A stretch of DNA of 64,000 bases from a virus (Duplodnaviria; Caudoviricetes), in IMG/VR virus record IMGVR_UViG_3300028844_006787; one strand, 5' to 3'. Under the pieces are notes generated by a model. It was not told where the DNA came from, did not search any database, and saw only the letters and a program-made list of their open reading frames with translations. This document shows, piece after piece, positions 48,600 to 57,734 of the stretch; within the stretch, counting starts at the first letter, position 1; each line of letters begins with the position of its first letter. A program made the translations under genes and the position numbers.

Positions 48600-49223
48600 T
48601 TATTCTCCGAATTTGTAACCGAAATGCTCAATGTCTTTTGCGTATTTTTTCGCAACTGCATCACGAGTTTCATCGTCATAATATTCGGTGTAGTGTTTGT
48701 GATTAGAAGGATTTATGTGCGGTAAGGTTCTTGTTTCGATGCCTAGATTTTTACATAATTGATCAAAATCATTTTGTAAGTTTTCAAATCTTAAAACGAA
48801 GTCCATAGGATTCTTATTTTCATACTCAATCCAATCATAACATGGTTGTTTCCATTTCTCATTACTATGCAAATTACCAAAAACTTCATCTCGGATGGAA
48901 TGCTCCCTTGATACAAATTTTTTCTTCTTACAAAATGAAACATCCGAAACTATTCTATCCCAAGGATTTCTCACAATTGTAAACTTGTAATAATCTTCCC
49001 AATAGTTTTTTACCTCGTTTAATGGAATCCAATTGAATTCATTTTGTTTTTTTGTTTTTAACCAATCTTGCCACCAACGATTTTGATCATCTTTAAGAAT
49101 ATCGTCAGAAAAAACCATTTTAGAAGTTACATGAGTTTGTAAAATACCAAGGGCATCACCTACACTCGTACCCGCAGTTTTGTTAATATGAACAAATATA
49201 CACCTATGTTTATGATGTATCAT
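48600..49223 (-). CDS. PAPS-dependent sulfotransferase (Sulfotransfer_2-like)
   Basis: FVHINKTAGTS, IVRNPWDRIVS, LRFENL. Confidence 0.92.
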   Translation of the reverse strand: MIHHKHRCIFVHINKTAGTSVGDALGILQTHVTSKMVFSDDILKDDQNRWWQDWLKTKKQNEFNWIPLNEVKNYWEDYYKFTIVRNPWDRIVSDVSFCKKKKFVSREHSIRDEVFGNLHSNEKWKQPCYDWIEYENKNPMDFVLRFENLQNDFDQLCKNLGIETRTLPHINPSNHKHYTEYYDDETRDAVAKKYAKDIEHFGYKFGE

Positions 49224-50431
49224 CGTTCAATCCTCCTGATTATTGATTTATTTTTAGACATATTCGCAATTTTTGTAAAACTGGCCACTTTATCAGTAGT
49301 TTCCATGAAATTTAATATATTATTCTTTCCTGCATTTAATGTGCGGAAATAAATTTCGTCTAAAATTTTTTGTTTTACTCGATATTCATTTTTTATCTTA
49401 TGAAAATCTTTTTTTTCTTTATCATAATCTAAGTTTAATACTACATCAGTCTCACTAACAAAATCGCATTTTTTATCTATATCATCAATCCAAACAACTA
49501 CAAGGTTTAAATTATTTTGTTCACTTATTTTTTTTGCAATTAAGTAATTTTTTCTTCGTAATTCATATCTTTTAAACGAACCACATAATACAATTGATTC
49601 TATTAAATCCACGGAACTTAAAAATTTTGATGCACCTAATCCTGCTTCTTTAGTTTCAGATTCATGGTGCTCACATAATATTGTAGAATCTACATAAGTT
49701 TGCAAATTATACTGAGTACGCAATTGTTTGCACAGATGTCCGTCAGGACCCATAATTGTTCTTTTTTCATAGTTTCTAAATGTTTGCATAGGTAAGCACA
49801 ATCTCACATATCTATTGTTATATAATGTAAATCCAGTTCCGATAAAACCACTTTCAACTACACCACGATTCCAATAATCGTCTATCATCGCAGGATACCA
49901 ATGATTCTTTTCAATACTTGCTACAACTGTTCTTTTTAACTGAGAACGGGTTCTCCACGGATTATCCGAGTTCCATCCCATGTGATTAAAATACAAACCA
50001 CCTATGCATCCTGCTATATCATGGTTTACTTTCATAAAATTTAAAAGTTTACCGAAATCTTCTGTTTTACATACAATATCATCATCAATTGTTAATACAA
50101 GATCCGCATTACTTGCCACAAATCCAAGTGTGAATGATGCTCCTGTACTTTTATGCTTCCCTATACAAACTTCCGGACTTCTCCAGTTCATTCCGTTGGG
50201 TGGTACAAATTTTCCAGGTCCTTCAATTATTCTTAATTTGGTGTATTTATTTAGTTGATGTGATACAAAATCTAATTGTATTCTTTGAATAAATTCAGAA
50301 GAAGCATTATTAACTATAATCCATTGATTAAATTTATATGTTTGGACTAATTTTTTAATAGAGTAAAACCATTTATCATATATGTATTTTTTACCGCAAA
50401 TAACAGTTAATAAGTCTGTTGTAAGTTCCAT
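49220..50431 (-). CDS. GT2-like glycosyltransferase with C-terminal extension
   Basis: IIVNN, TIDDD, GFIGTGFTL, GPDGHLC..VDSTILCEH. Confidence 0.72.
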   Translation of the reverse strand: MELTTDLLTVICGKKYIYDKWFYSIKKLVQTYKFNQWIIVNNASSEFIQRIQLDFVSHQLNKYTKLRIIEGPGKFVPPNGMNWRSPEVCIGKHKSTGASFTLGFVASNADLVLTIDDDIVCKTEDFGKLLNFMKVNHDIAGCIGGLYFNHMGWNSDNPWRTRSQLKRTVVASIEKNHWYPAMIDDYWNRGVVESGFIGTGFTLYNNRYVRLCLPMQTFRNYEKRTIMGPDGHLCKQLRTQYNLQTYVDSTILCEHHESETKEAGLGASKFLSSVDLIESIVLCGSFKRYELRRKNYLIAKKISEQNNLNLVVVWIDDIDKKCDFVSETDVVLNLDYDKEKKDFHKIKNEYRVKQKILDEIYFRTLNAGKNNILNFMETTDKVASFTKIANMSKNKSIIRRIER

Positions 50432-50472
50432 CAAGAATAAATATGATATATATTTTAGAATATATTTAATTA

Positions 50473-51579
50473 TTATTTACAAATTTTACCAAAATCACTT
50501 ACTATATACTTTGTATAAATTTGAATTTCAGAATCCTCATCTATAAAATTATATTTTGACCTAAGTCTCCAAGTTCCAAGTATGCGTGTGGTGCAATTTC
50601 GTTCTAAGTTGTATAATTTATTCTTGCGTGTTTGGGTATACTCATTGCACACGATATATTCTCTGCGATAGTTTGAATTATGTATATGAACACAATCAAC
50701 ATATTCTGTTATATTGCGGTAATCTATATTTTCTTGTATTGCATCTTCCGCAAAAAAGTATTCGCAATTCCATGTACCAAGTTCATAGTCGCACTTAAAG
50801 TTTAGAATATTTGAGGTAAATGCCCATGCGTCTGTGCTATTATAGTCAATATCATTCCATGTGCTTCTGTCGTTTGCATTTATTTTATTATATTTGAATT
50901 TATTGGTATTCAACGAAATCGGAGGAGATTTAGCAGTCACTATGCTACCATCTTCCAATTCATCTTTTCTTGTAATACAAACAATACGTTTTCCATTTTT
51001 ATAGTTTATCTTTTTTAATAAATCAATGGTATCGGTAAAATAACAATCAGAATTTGATAACAAAAAAATTGCATTATTATTTTGAAAGTTTTTAGCAAAC
51101 GAAATTGCGTCTTGGTATGTAATTCTTTTTTTAGTTTCAACAAATACTATTTTATTACTATCTCTTAAATCGGATTTAACATTTGATAATTTTCTGTTCA
51201 AGTTTGTTGTATCTAAAAATACAATGATTTTACTTATATGAGTGTTTTTTACATTTTTATTTATCGCACGAATTATTTCATTTCTTCTTTCTATAACTTC
51301 TTCATCGTAATATTGTAATATCAAGAAAATTTCGTTATGTCTGTTTTTAAAATGATTCTTATTAAATGATACGCATTTAATTTTTCTCGGTGAGTTATTA
51401 ATTTCGTTAATTTTTGTTTTATATTTTTTAAGTTTATTCAACAATTTATTTTTCTTATTTTTGTATTTAATGAGTTTATCATTGTCTTTGTATATAAACA
51501 TTTTCTCGTTTAGAATAAATAAACTAAACTTTATTTTGTCAATTTTTTTATATAAGTTTTTGTCCACTACATAACTCAC
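50473..51579 (-). CDS. GT-A-like hypothetical protein
   Basis: RRNEI...LSNSDCYF...STDAWAF...CVHIH. Confidence 0.55.
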   Translation of the reverse strand: MSYVVDKNLYKKIDKIKFSLFILNEKMFIYKDNDKLIKYKNKKNKLLNKLKKYKTKINEINNSPRKIKCVSFNKNHFKNRHNEIFLILQYYDEEVIERRNEIIRAINKNVKNTHISKIIVFLDTTNLNRKLSNVKSDLRDSNKIVFVETKKRITYQDAISFAKNFQNNNAIFLLSNSDCYFTDTIDLLKKINYKNGKRIVCITRKDELEDGSIVTAKSPPISLNTNKFKYNKINANDRSTWNDIDYNSTDAWAFTSNILNFKCDYELGTWNCEYFFAEDAIQENIDYRNITEYVDCVHIHNSNYRREYIVCNEYTQTRKNKLYNLERNCTTRILGTWRLRSKYNFIDEDSEIQIYTKYIVSDFGKICK

Positions 51580-51689
51580 TTTACATAATCACAACCTGCA
51601 ACCGATGCAACATCTATAAGTTTTTTTGCTGTGTTTATATCACCATTATGATTGATGCCTATTTCGGCAATAATCTTTGTTTCTCCCAT
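51576..51689 (-). pseudogene. 5' stub of a second neuB allele (37 aa)
   Basis: MGETKIIAEIGINHNGDINTAKKLIDVASVAGCDYVK* versus NeuB MGDVKIIAEIGINHNGDVNIAKKLIDVASVAGCNYVK; stop overlaps the GTG of 50473..51579. Confidence 0.92.
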
Positions 51690-51712
51690 ATCTATAAATA
51701 TTATAAAAACAA

Positions 51713-52475
51713 TTATTTATTTTGGTAACTTTCATCAAACTTAATAGTTGCAAACTTTGTCTTAGAGTTTTCCACATAATTGTTGGGTAAATGATATATT
51801 TTACAATTACAATCTAATTTATTATTAATTAAAGGTATTAATGTACCTTGATACCAGTAATTACGTTCACCCCCCAATCCTATCGCACTTTTTTCTCTTC
51901 TACCATATCCAGGAATATTTTCAATATTGTAATATTTACTCCTAACAAAATTATTAAATTCGTCTTTATTATAAATCCACATTGCACAATATGGATTGAC
52001 ATTATTAACACAATAATCAACATCATCCAAATTAATAGTAGATTTTAATTTGACTCCATTAAGATCAGTTACATATTCTTCAGAGTCTTTAGTTTCAATT
52101 CTTAAAAATCCTAAATTATAATTGTGTCTAATTAAATTTTCATTATATTTTAACCAATATAAAATTGCATTAAATGGAATTAACATATCATCTTCTGTAT
52201 AAATAAAAATGTCATAATCGTTTGCTTGCTTTTTTCAATAAGTCTCTACATTTCCATGTCAGATAATGTGGATGTGAATTACCTAGATCATGATAAATGA
52301 TATTTATAGTACCATTTGTATAATCACTAAAGTTTTCTTTTTTAAGAATCTTATTGTTTGTATGAATATATAAATCTGTTATGAATTTATATTTGTTGAC
52401 TTCATCAATTATTTTATTTATATAACACATTCTGTGTTCAATATAATAGAATGAAATGTGTTTCGTTATTCTCAC
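51713..52475 (-). pseudogene. GT-like gene split by a 1-nt frameshift in an A6 run (track ORFs 52212..52475 and 51713..52186)
   Basis: Removing one A at 52230..52235 gives continuous ...LTWKCRDLLKKQANDYDIFIYTEDDMLIPF... Confidence 0.8.
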
Positions 52476-52637
52476 TCGTGTCTTACCTTTCTTTTTTTAA
52501 GTTAATCCCATACCACAATTATTCACTATATACTTTTTTGTAATCCCCCACATCTATAAATATTATAAAAATAATTATTTTAAGAAGAAATATTCATGCA
52601 CCACTTTATAGTTTCTCGCAACTTTTCTTCAAAATTC

Positions 52638-53318
52638 TTATTTGTATTTTCTATATCCAATTAGGTGTCTATGTCTTTTATAATGTTCTGTTTCGGTGTG
52701 GGAAGCGTTTCGGTTTGAAAATTTGTATAGTTTTACATTTACATCTGCATATTCACACGCACTTGGAAAACTGACTTGACATTGTGGACTATACAATATT
52801 ATATCTGAAAACCACTTGTTATTCATTTTAATAACAGATTCACATCGTTTATTTATCACAAAGCAAGTAATTGCCAACCAATCAATGTTTTTCATTTGTT
52901 TTTGCTCTTTTAATCCGTGACGATAGTCTCCAAATCTTAAATTATTAGCACCCCATGAAAACTTTATTTCTTCATGTGTACTAAATCTTCTCCCGTGTTG
53001 ATATACCACCAAATCGTGGTCTTTTAATTCATTCAAAGGTAAACTTTTTATTTCTATTGTACCATCAATCCACACAACTACATCATATTCATTTAAGATT
53101 GGAATTTGATGCCAAAACATTTTATAGTATTTTGCTCTCATATAGGGATCATTGTGCCAAAAATAAGTTTCTTTGATTCGTGTCCACCGAGTTCCGTCTA
53201 TTTGTAAATTTTTATCTTTGATGTCACCAAAAATAAAACCATCAACATCTAAGTGATCAATTGATCTTAAATGTGCCTTATAGTTTCCTGTGCCTGCTGT
53301 TATGATGCAAGTTTTCAT
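52638..53318 (-). CDS. DUF616 (TOD1/MUCI70)-like glycosyltransferase (start re-assigned to ATG 53318)
   Basis: CIITAGTGNY, RAKYYKM, VWIDG, HGRR, CQVSFP. Confidence 0.65.
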   Translation of the reverse strand: MKTCIITAGTGNYKAHLRSIDHLDVDGFIFGDIKDKNLQIDGTRWTRIKETYFWHNDPYMRAKYYKMFWHQIPILNEYDVVVWIDGTIEIKSLPLNELKDHDLVVYQHGRRFSTHEEIKFSWGANNLRFGDYRHGLKEQKQMKNIDWLAITCFVINKRCESVIKMNNKWFSDIILYSPQCQVSFPSACEYADVNVKLYKFSNRNASHTETEHYKRHRHLIGYRKYK

Positions 53319-53479
53319 TTTATCATTACTATTACTGATTTTATACAAGTCACATATCTAAATATTTTAAATTGCAACTTTTTCGTGGAATTAAAATTCT
53401 TTTACTCTCCGATGTCCGTATGACATATGTCCAATTGATATTTTGTTTTTTGGTCTTATTTTACTTTACACCCCAATTT

Positions 53480-53608
53480 TCAAAAAACTCTTTTTCTGAA
53501 ATTTAGTGGATTCATATCATGGCAGACCACATTACCACATTTAGACAATACATTTTTAACTATATCTTTGTATACTTGTATATGCTCATGTAAACCATCT
53601 ATAAATAT
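53480..53608 (-). pseudogene. Internal remnant of a class I (Methyltransf_24-like) methyltransferase
   Basis: IFIDGLHEHIQVYKDIVKNVLSKCGNVVCHDMNP...*; no start codon or N-terminal half. Confidence 0.7.
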
Positions 53609-53624
53609 TATAAAAACAATTATT

Positions 53625-54626
53625 TTAAGAAGAAATATTCATGCACCACTTTATAGTTTCTCGTAACTTTCCTTCAAAATCTTTTGTCGGATTCCAATTT
53701 AGTTCATTGTGAATTTTGCTGAAATCAACTGCGTAACGAAAATCATGTCCTTTGCGGTCTTCAACAAAAGTAAGTTGTTCTGAGTATTTTGTTTTCTTGG
53801 GTTTTAATTCATCAATAATATCGCAGATTTTATTTGCAAGTTCAAGATTGTTAAGTTCTTTGTCTCCACCTACATTATATATCTCACCGGTTTTTCCGTT
53901 GTGAAATACTTCATCAATTGCAACACAATGATCTTCAACAAACAACCAATCACGAACATTATCTCCGTTTCCGTATATAGGAATATTCTTATCAGCAAGT
54001 GCTGTGCGAACAATCGTAGGAATCAATTTCTCACGATGTTGATGTGGACCATAATTGTTTGAACAACTCGTTGTAATTACATTTAGTTTGTATGTTTCAG
54101 AATATGCGTTTACAAAGAAGTTACCACTTGCTTTACTTGCACTATAAGGACTATTGGGATCAAACGGAGTATTTTCCGAAAATTTTCCAGTTGCTCCTAA
54201 TGTTCCGTAAATTTCGTCTGTGGATACATAATGAAATCTTCCTTTGCCTTGATTACGAAATGCTTCAAGAAGCACACAAGTGCCTACTACATTCGTTGTA
54301 ACAAAGTCTAATGGTCTTTTGATGCTATTGTCTACGTGTGATTCGGCGGCAAGATGAATTACTGAATCAATATTGTGTTCATCAAAAAGTTTGTTTACCA
54401 ACTTTTCATCACGAATATCTCCTTTAACAAATACGTAATTTGGATTGTTTTTTAACGACTCAAGATAACTTGCATCAGAAGCATAAGTCATTAAATCCAA
54501 GTTTATTAACTTGTAATTAGGATACTTCTTCGCAAGATGCAGAACAAGGTTTGAACCGATGAATCCACATCCTCCTGTTATTAATATGTTTTTAGTTTTC
54601 ATTAAAAAATTGTTCACTGTTTGCAT
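53625..54626 (-). CDS. rmlB: dTDP-glucose 4,6-dehydratase (start may be ATG 54602)
   Basis: TGGCGFIGS, HLAAESHVD, VSTDEIYG, PNSPYSASKA, CSNNYGP, RDWLFVEDH, DRKGHDFRY. Confidence 0.95.
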   Translation of the reverse strand: MQTVNNFLMKTKNILITGGCGFIGSNLVLHLAKKYPNYKLINLDLMTYASDASYLESLKNNPNYVFVKGDIRDEKLVNKLFDEHNIDSVIHLAAESHVDNSIKRPLDFVTTNVVGTCVLLEAFRNQGKGRFHYVSTDEIYGTLGATGKFSENTPFDPNSPYSASKASGNFFVNAYSETYKLNVITTSCSNNYGPHQHREKLIPTIVRTALADKNIPIYGNGDNVRDWLFVEDHCVAIDEVFHNGKTGEIYNVGGDKELNNLELANKICDIIDELKPKKTKYSEQLTFVEDRKGHDFRYAVDFSKIHNELNWNPTKDFEGKLRETIKWCMNISS

Positions 54627-54687
54627 TTTTTTGTCATCTATAAATAAATCATAAATTATTTTTTTTCCACAACGTTTTCAATCCATA

Positions 54688-55302
54688 TTAATTAAAAGCA
54701 TACTCGGAGTGGGTGTCTTTTAATATTTTTTTACATCTTTGTATATTGCTTTTATACCACTTTAATCTTCGTCTAGAACCACGATCATTCTTATTTGTAA
54801 ATTGATCGTTATACTCACCACCACTAGACATTCCAAAAATTTCAAAAGACCTGAATCCTATACGGGTAAACCAATGAAAAACTGCTTCGGCTGAACTTAG
54901 ACAATTAAACTCCATGTTATCTATGTTTGGTGGACTTTTTATTTTTTGAGTATGAAGTTTAAAAGTATAAAGATTAATATCAAAATCCTTCAGTTTAGTC
55001 TTTAAGTCAAAAACTGTATATTTTGAAACTACCTCTTTGTGATGAAGTTGGATCGGACAAACTATATTTTTTACTTTTGATAATTCATAGTTGTGCTTTA
55101 ATATATTTTCAATGGTGATATGATCGTTCATAAAAAGAAAATCAACTTCTTCAAATAAAACGCAACTACTATTAATGCAAACGGTATATCCGTTTGAACG
55201 ATCCAAATTTATTGCATTGACTGAACTACCACCCTTGCCAACAACAAATACCTTTTTATTGGTATCTAATCTTAAATTATCAATTGTTGAAACCGTTGCC
55301 AT
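54688..55302 (-). CDS. Candidate nonulosonic-acid transferase (GT29/GT42/Maf-like Rossmann fold)
   Basis: VFVVGKGGS, CINSS, DFLFMND, SSAE, IFGMS; directly downstream of neuB-neuA. Confidence 0.45.
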   Translation of the reverse strand: MATVSTIDNLRLDTNKKVFVVGKGGSSVNAINLDRSNGYTVCINSSCVLFEEVDFLFMNDHITIENILKHNYELSKVKNIVCPIQLHHKEVVSKYTVFDLKTKLKDFDINLYTFKLHTQKIKSPPNIDNMEFNCLSSAEAVFHWFTRIGFRSFEIFGMSSGGEYNDQFTNKNDRGSRRRLKWYKSNIQRCKKILKDTHSEYAFN

Positions 55303-55305
55303 GAT

Positions 55306-55944
55306 TTAGTTTTCCAACAACTTTTCAATCAATTTAAGATCATCGTGTGTATCAATTTGAAAACTTCTGTGTAAAGGCATTTCAACCATTCCGATGTTTC
55401 CTCCGTATCTTAATTTTGAGTTTAACAATTGTTGTTTGGTTGTAATGTAAAATGCTCCGTTCTCAATGTAAGTTTCATCTACATCTTGTCTCATTGGTCT
55501 ATTGTTGATGTTCCAGTTTATAGGTTCGTCGTCTTCATTCCACCGAGGAATCCAATGCTCTTTCGTTACACTGAACACCGAATCGTAATTCTGCATTTTG
55601 TGCAATCCTTTATTTATGTCGGAAGACTTTAATAGGGGTGAGGTCGGTTGAATGAATACCAATATATCAAAATCTACGTTTTCTGCAAAGTGAACAAGGG
55701 CATCGTCACTCTTAGAGTTATCACCCGAAATGTCCGAGGGTCTGTCTATTACTTTACATCCTATATCAAATGCCACAGTCTTAATTTCAGCACAATCGGT
55801 ACTTACCCAAGTTGCATTTACATTTGAATTTAGTGAAGCATTTGCGGTATAATAAAGCAAAGGTTTGCCGTTTACATCAACAATGTTCTTACCGGGAATA
55901 CCTTTACTACCACAACGAGCAAGAATTAATGCCACCGCATTCAT
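55306..55944 (-). CDS. neuA: CMP-nonulosonate (acylneuraminate) cytidylyltransferase
   Basis: ILARCGSKGIPGKN, VSTD, QPTSP, RPMRQD, ENGAFY, QIDT. Confidence 0.93.
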   Translation of the reverse strand: MNAVALILARCGSKGIPGKNIVDVNGKPLLYYTANASLNSNVNATWVSTDCAEIKTVAFDIGCKVIDRPSDISGDNSKSDDALVHFAENVDFDILVFIQPTSPLLKSSDINKGLHKMQNYDSVFSVTKEHWIPRWNEDDEPINWNINNRPMRQDVDETYIENGAFYITTKQQLLNSKLRYGGNIGMVEMPLHRSFQIDTHDDLKLIEKLLEN

Positions 55945-55949
55945 TATTA

Positions 55950-56771
55950 TTATCCTCTTAAACTTTTTCGTTTATCAAGTTCTCCACCCAAAACTTTTCT
56001 AGGACCACTTTCACCAAACGTTTTTTCAATATCTCTTATTGCCTTGGTCATTTTAATGACACCCCCCGGTTCAATTGATGCCATGTGGTCAGAACCCCAC
56101 ATCATTCTGTCCAAAGTAATGTGTCGTTCAACCCAAGTTGCTCCCATTGAAACTGCAACAAATGTCGGCACTAATCCAAACTCATGTCCACTATATCCAA
56201 TTTCTTTGCCTGGGTGTTTTTTCTGCAACCAAGTTATGTAATTCATATTTAATTCGTCAACGGGACACGGATAGGTCGCATTTGTATGAAAGATTAAATT
56301 TGGATTACCCACCTCAATTGCTCTGTCAATTTCTTCTTCGTTGCTCATGCCAGTTGAAAACATAAAATAATCAACCGAGTTTCTTGCTGATTTAAGCAAC
56401 TCTTCGTTTGTAATTAACGCAGACGGAACTTTTGTAATGTCTACGTAGTTCTTCATGAAATCAACCGATTCGGTATCCCACACACTTGCAAACCACTTTA
56501 TATCACGGTCTTCGCAATATTTTGCTATTTCATCGTATTCCTTTTTACCAAACTCAGTTTTTTCTTTGTATTCAAGGTAGGTAATTTTACCCCACGGAGT
56601 TTCACGCATTTTGTTTTTCTGTTCATCCGGAACACACAATTCAGGTGTTCTTTTCTGAAATTTAACATAATTACATCCTGCTACTGATGCCACATCAATC
56701 AACTTTTTGGCAATGTTTACATCACCGTTGTGATTGATGCCTATTTCGGCAATAATCTTTACATCTCCCAT
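55950..56771 (-). CDS. neuB: N-acetylneuraminate/nonulosonate synthase, short form without a C-terminal SAF domain
   Basis: IIAEIGINHNGD, VKFQKR, KVPSA, STGM, GYSGHE, ERHITLDR. Confidence 0.93.
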   Translation of the reverse strand: MGDVKIIAEIGINHNGDVNIAKKLIDVASVAGCNYVKFQKRTPELCVPDEQKNKMRETPWGKITYLEYKEKTEFGKKEYDEIAKYCEDRDIKWFASVWDTESVDFMKNYVDITKVPSALITNEELLKSARNSVDYFMFSTGMSNEEEIDRAIEVGNPNLIFHTNATYPCPVDELNMNYITWLQKKHPGKEIGYSGHEFGLVPTFVAVSMGATWVERHITLDRMMWGSDHMASIEPGGVIKMTKAIRDIEKTFGESGPRKVLGGELDKRKSLRG

Positions 56772-56803
56772 ACTATATAAGTATTATAATATAATAATTT
56801 AGT

Positions 56804-57688
56804 TTACTCTTTCACCCATTTGTCAAACGAATCTTCAATTGCATCCATGCAATGACGCATTTTGATTCCTGTGTTCAAAAGTTTTGTGTTATCCATAACG
56901 CAGTTTGATCTCGGTGCAGTTGCTCCCTTGCTATAAAACTCCGAATCATCCTCCCAATATTCAAACTCCTTCTCCAACTTGAACTTCTTCTTCATACACT
57001 CAACGACTTGTTTGGTTGTGACATACCCTCCGTTGGTTACATTGTAGATTCCATACTCGCATTTATTCAATGGTAAATCAAGACAAGCATTTACAAATTC
57101 TTCACGATGTGAAATTGAGTTTACTGCGTTATACACTTTGTCATATCTTTGAATCTTGGATAAGTAATTACGATTTGAATCAAATTGATCAAATGGAATT
57201 CTAAGTCTACAAGTATACACTTTTTCAAACTTGCTTAAAATTTCTTCACCAAGTGCTTTACTTCCACTATAAAAACTACAAGGAGGTTGATCGTATGAAA
57301 AGTTTGGTGTATCTTCTTCGGTAAAACCGATTTTGTTTCCATCTGCACCTTCTCCTTTGTCACCCGCATAAATGCAACCACTGCTTACATGAACCAACGG
57401 AACATCGTTAAGTTCACATACTTGACCAAGAATCTGAGGAAGAAGAACATTTCCGATGATTGTTCCACTTTTATTGATTTCGCATTGGTCAACATTTGGT
57501 TTTCCTGTGAAACCTCCTGCGTTTAATACAAACTGAGGTTTTGCACTTGCAATTACACCATTCAAAGTTTTGAAGTCATAATAATCTACTTCACTTCTTG
57601 AAAGATTCTTAAACTCTATATTTCTTTTAGATAAAATCTCTTGAAATTTAAGTCCGATGTATCCTGTACCACCTATCAATAATATCAT
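56804..57688 (-). CDS. NDP-4-keto-6-deoxyglucose 3,5-epimerase/4-reductase (NRS/ER-type; RmlD superfamily)
   Basis: GGTGYIG, TGKPNVDQCE, SSGCIY, SFYSGSK, RLRIPF, PRSNCVMD. Confidence 0.85.
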   Translation of the reverse strand: MILLIGGTGYIGLKFQEILSKRNIEFKNLSRSEVDYYDFKTLNGVIASAKPQFVLNAGGFTGKPNVDQCEINKSGTIIGNVLLPQILGQVCELNDVPLVHVSSGCIYAGDKGEGADGNKIGFTEEDTPNFSYDQPPCSFYSGSKALGEEILSKFEKVYTCRLRIPFDQFDSNRNYLSKIQRYDKVYNAVNSISHREEFVNACLDLPLNKCEYGIYNVTNGGYVTTKQVVECMKKKFKLEKEFEYWEDDSEFYSKGATAPRSNCVMDNTKLLNTGIKMRHCMDAIEDSFDKWVKE

Positions 57689-57734
57689 ACTAATAAATAT
57701 TAGTTATTATAAAAATAAGCATATCTAATCAAAT

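Larger units (their letters stand above)
51690..53680. repeat. Three direct repeats: 29-bp core at 51690..51718, 52552..52580 and 53597..53625; the latter two extend to 85 bp including the rmlB 3' end
   Basis: atctataaatattataaaaa(c/t)aattattt; 52551..52635 versus 53596..53680 differ at 3 positions. Confidence 0.92.

Noticed and set aside
46681-49223. Diversity-generating retroelement or shufflon behind the similar sulfotransferase ends
   Set aside because: No reverse transcriptase or invertase in the window; repeats are direct, and mismatches are mostly synonymous and not confined to adenines.
52229-52236. Programmed -1 frameshift at AAAAAAG
   Set aside because: The heptamer is not in the X XXY YYZ phase, and restoring the gene needs a +1 shift.
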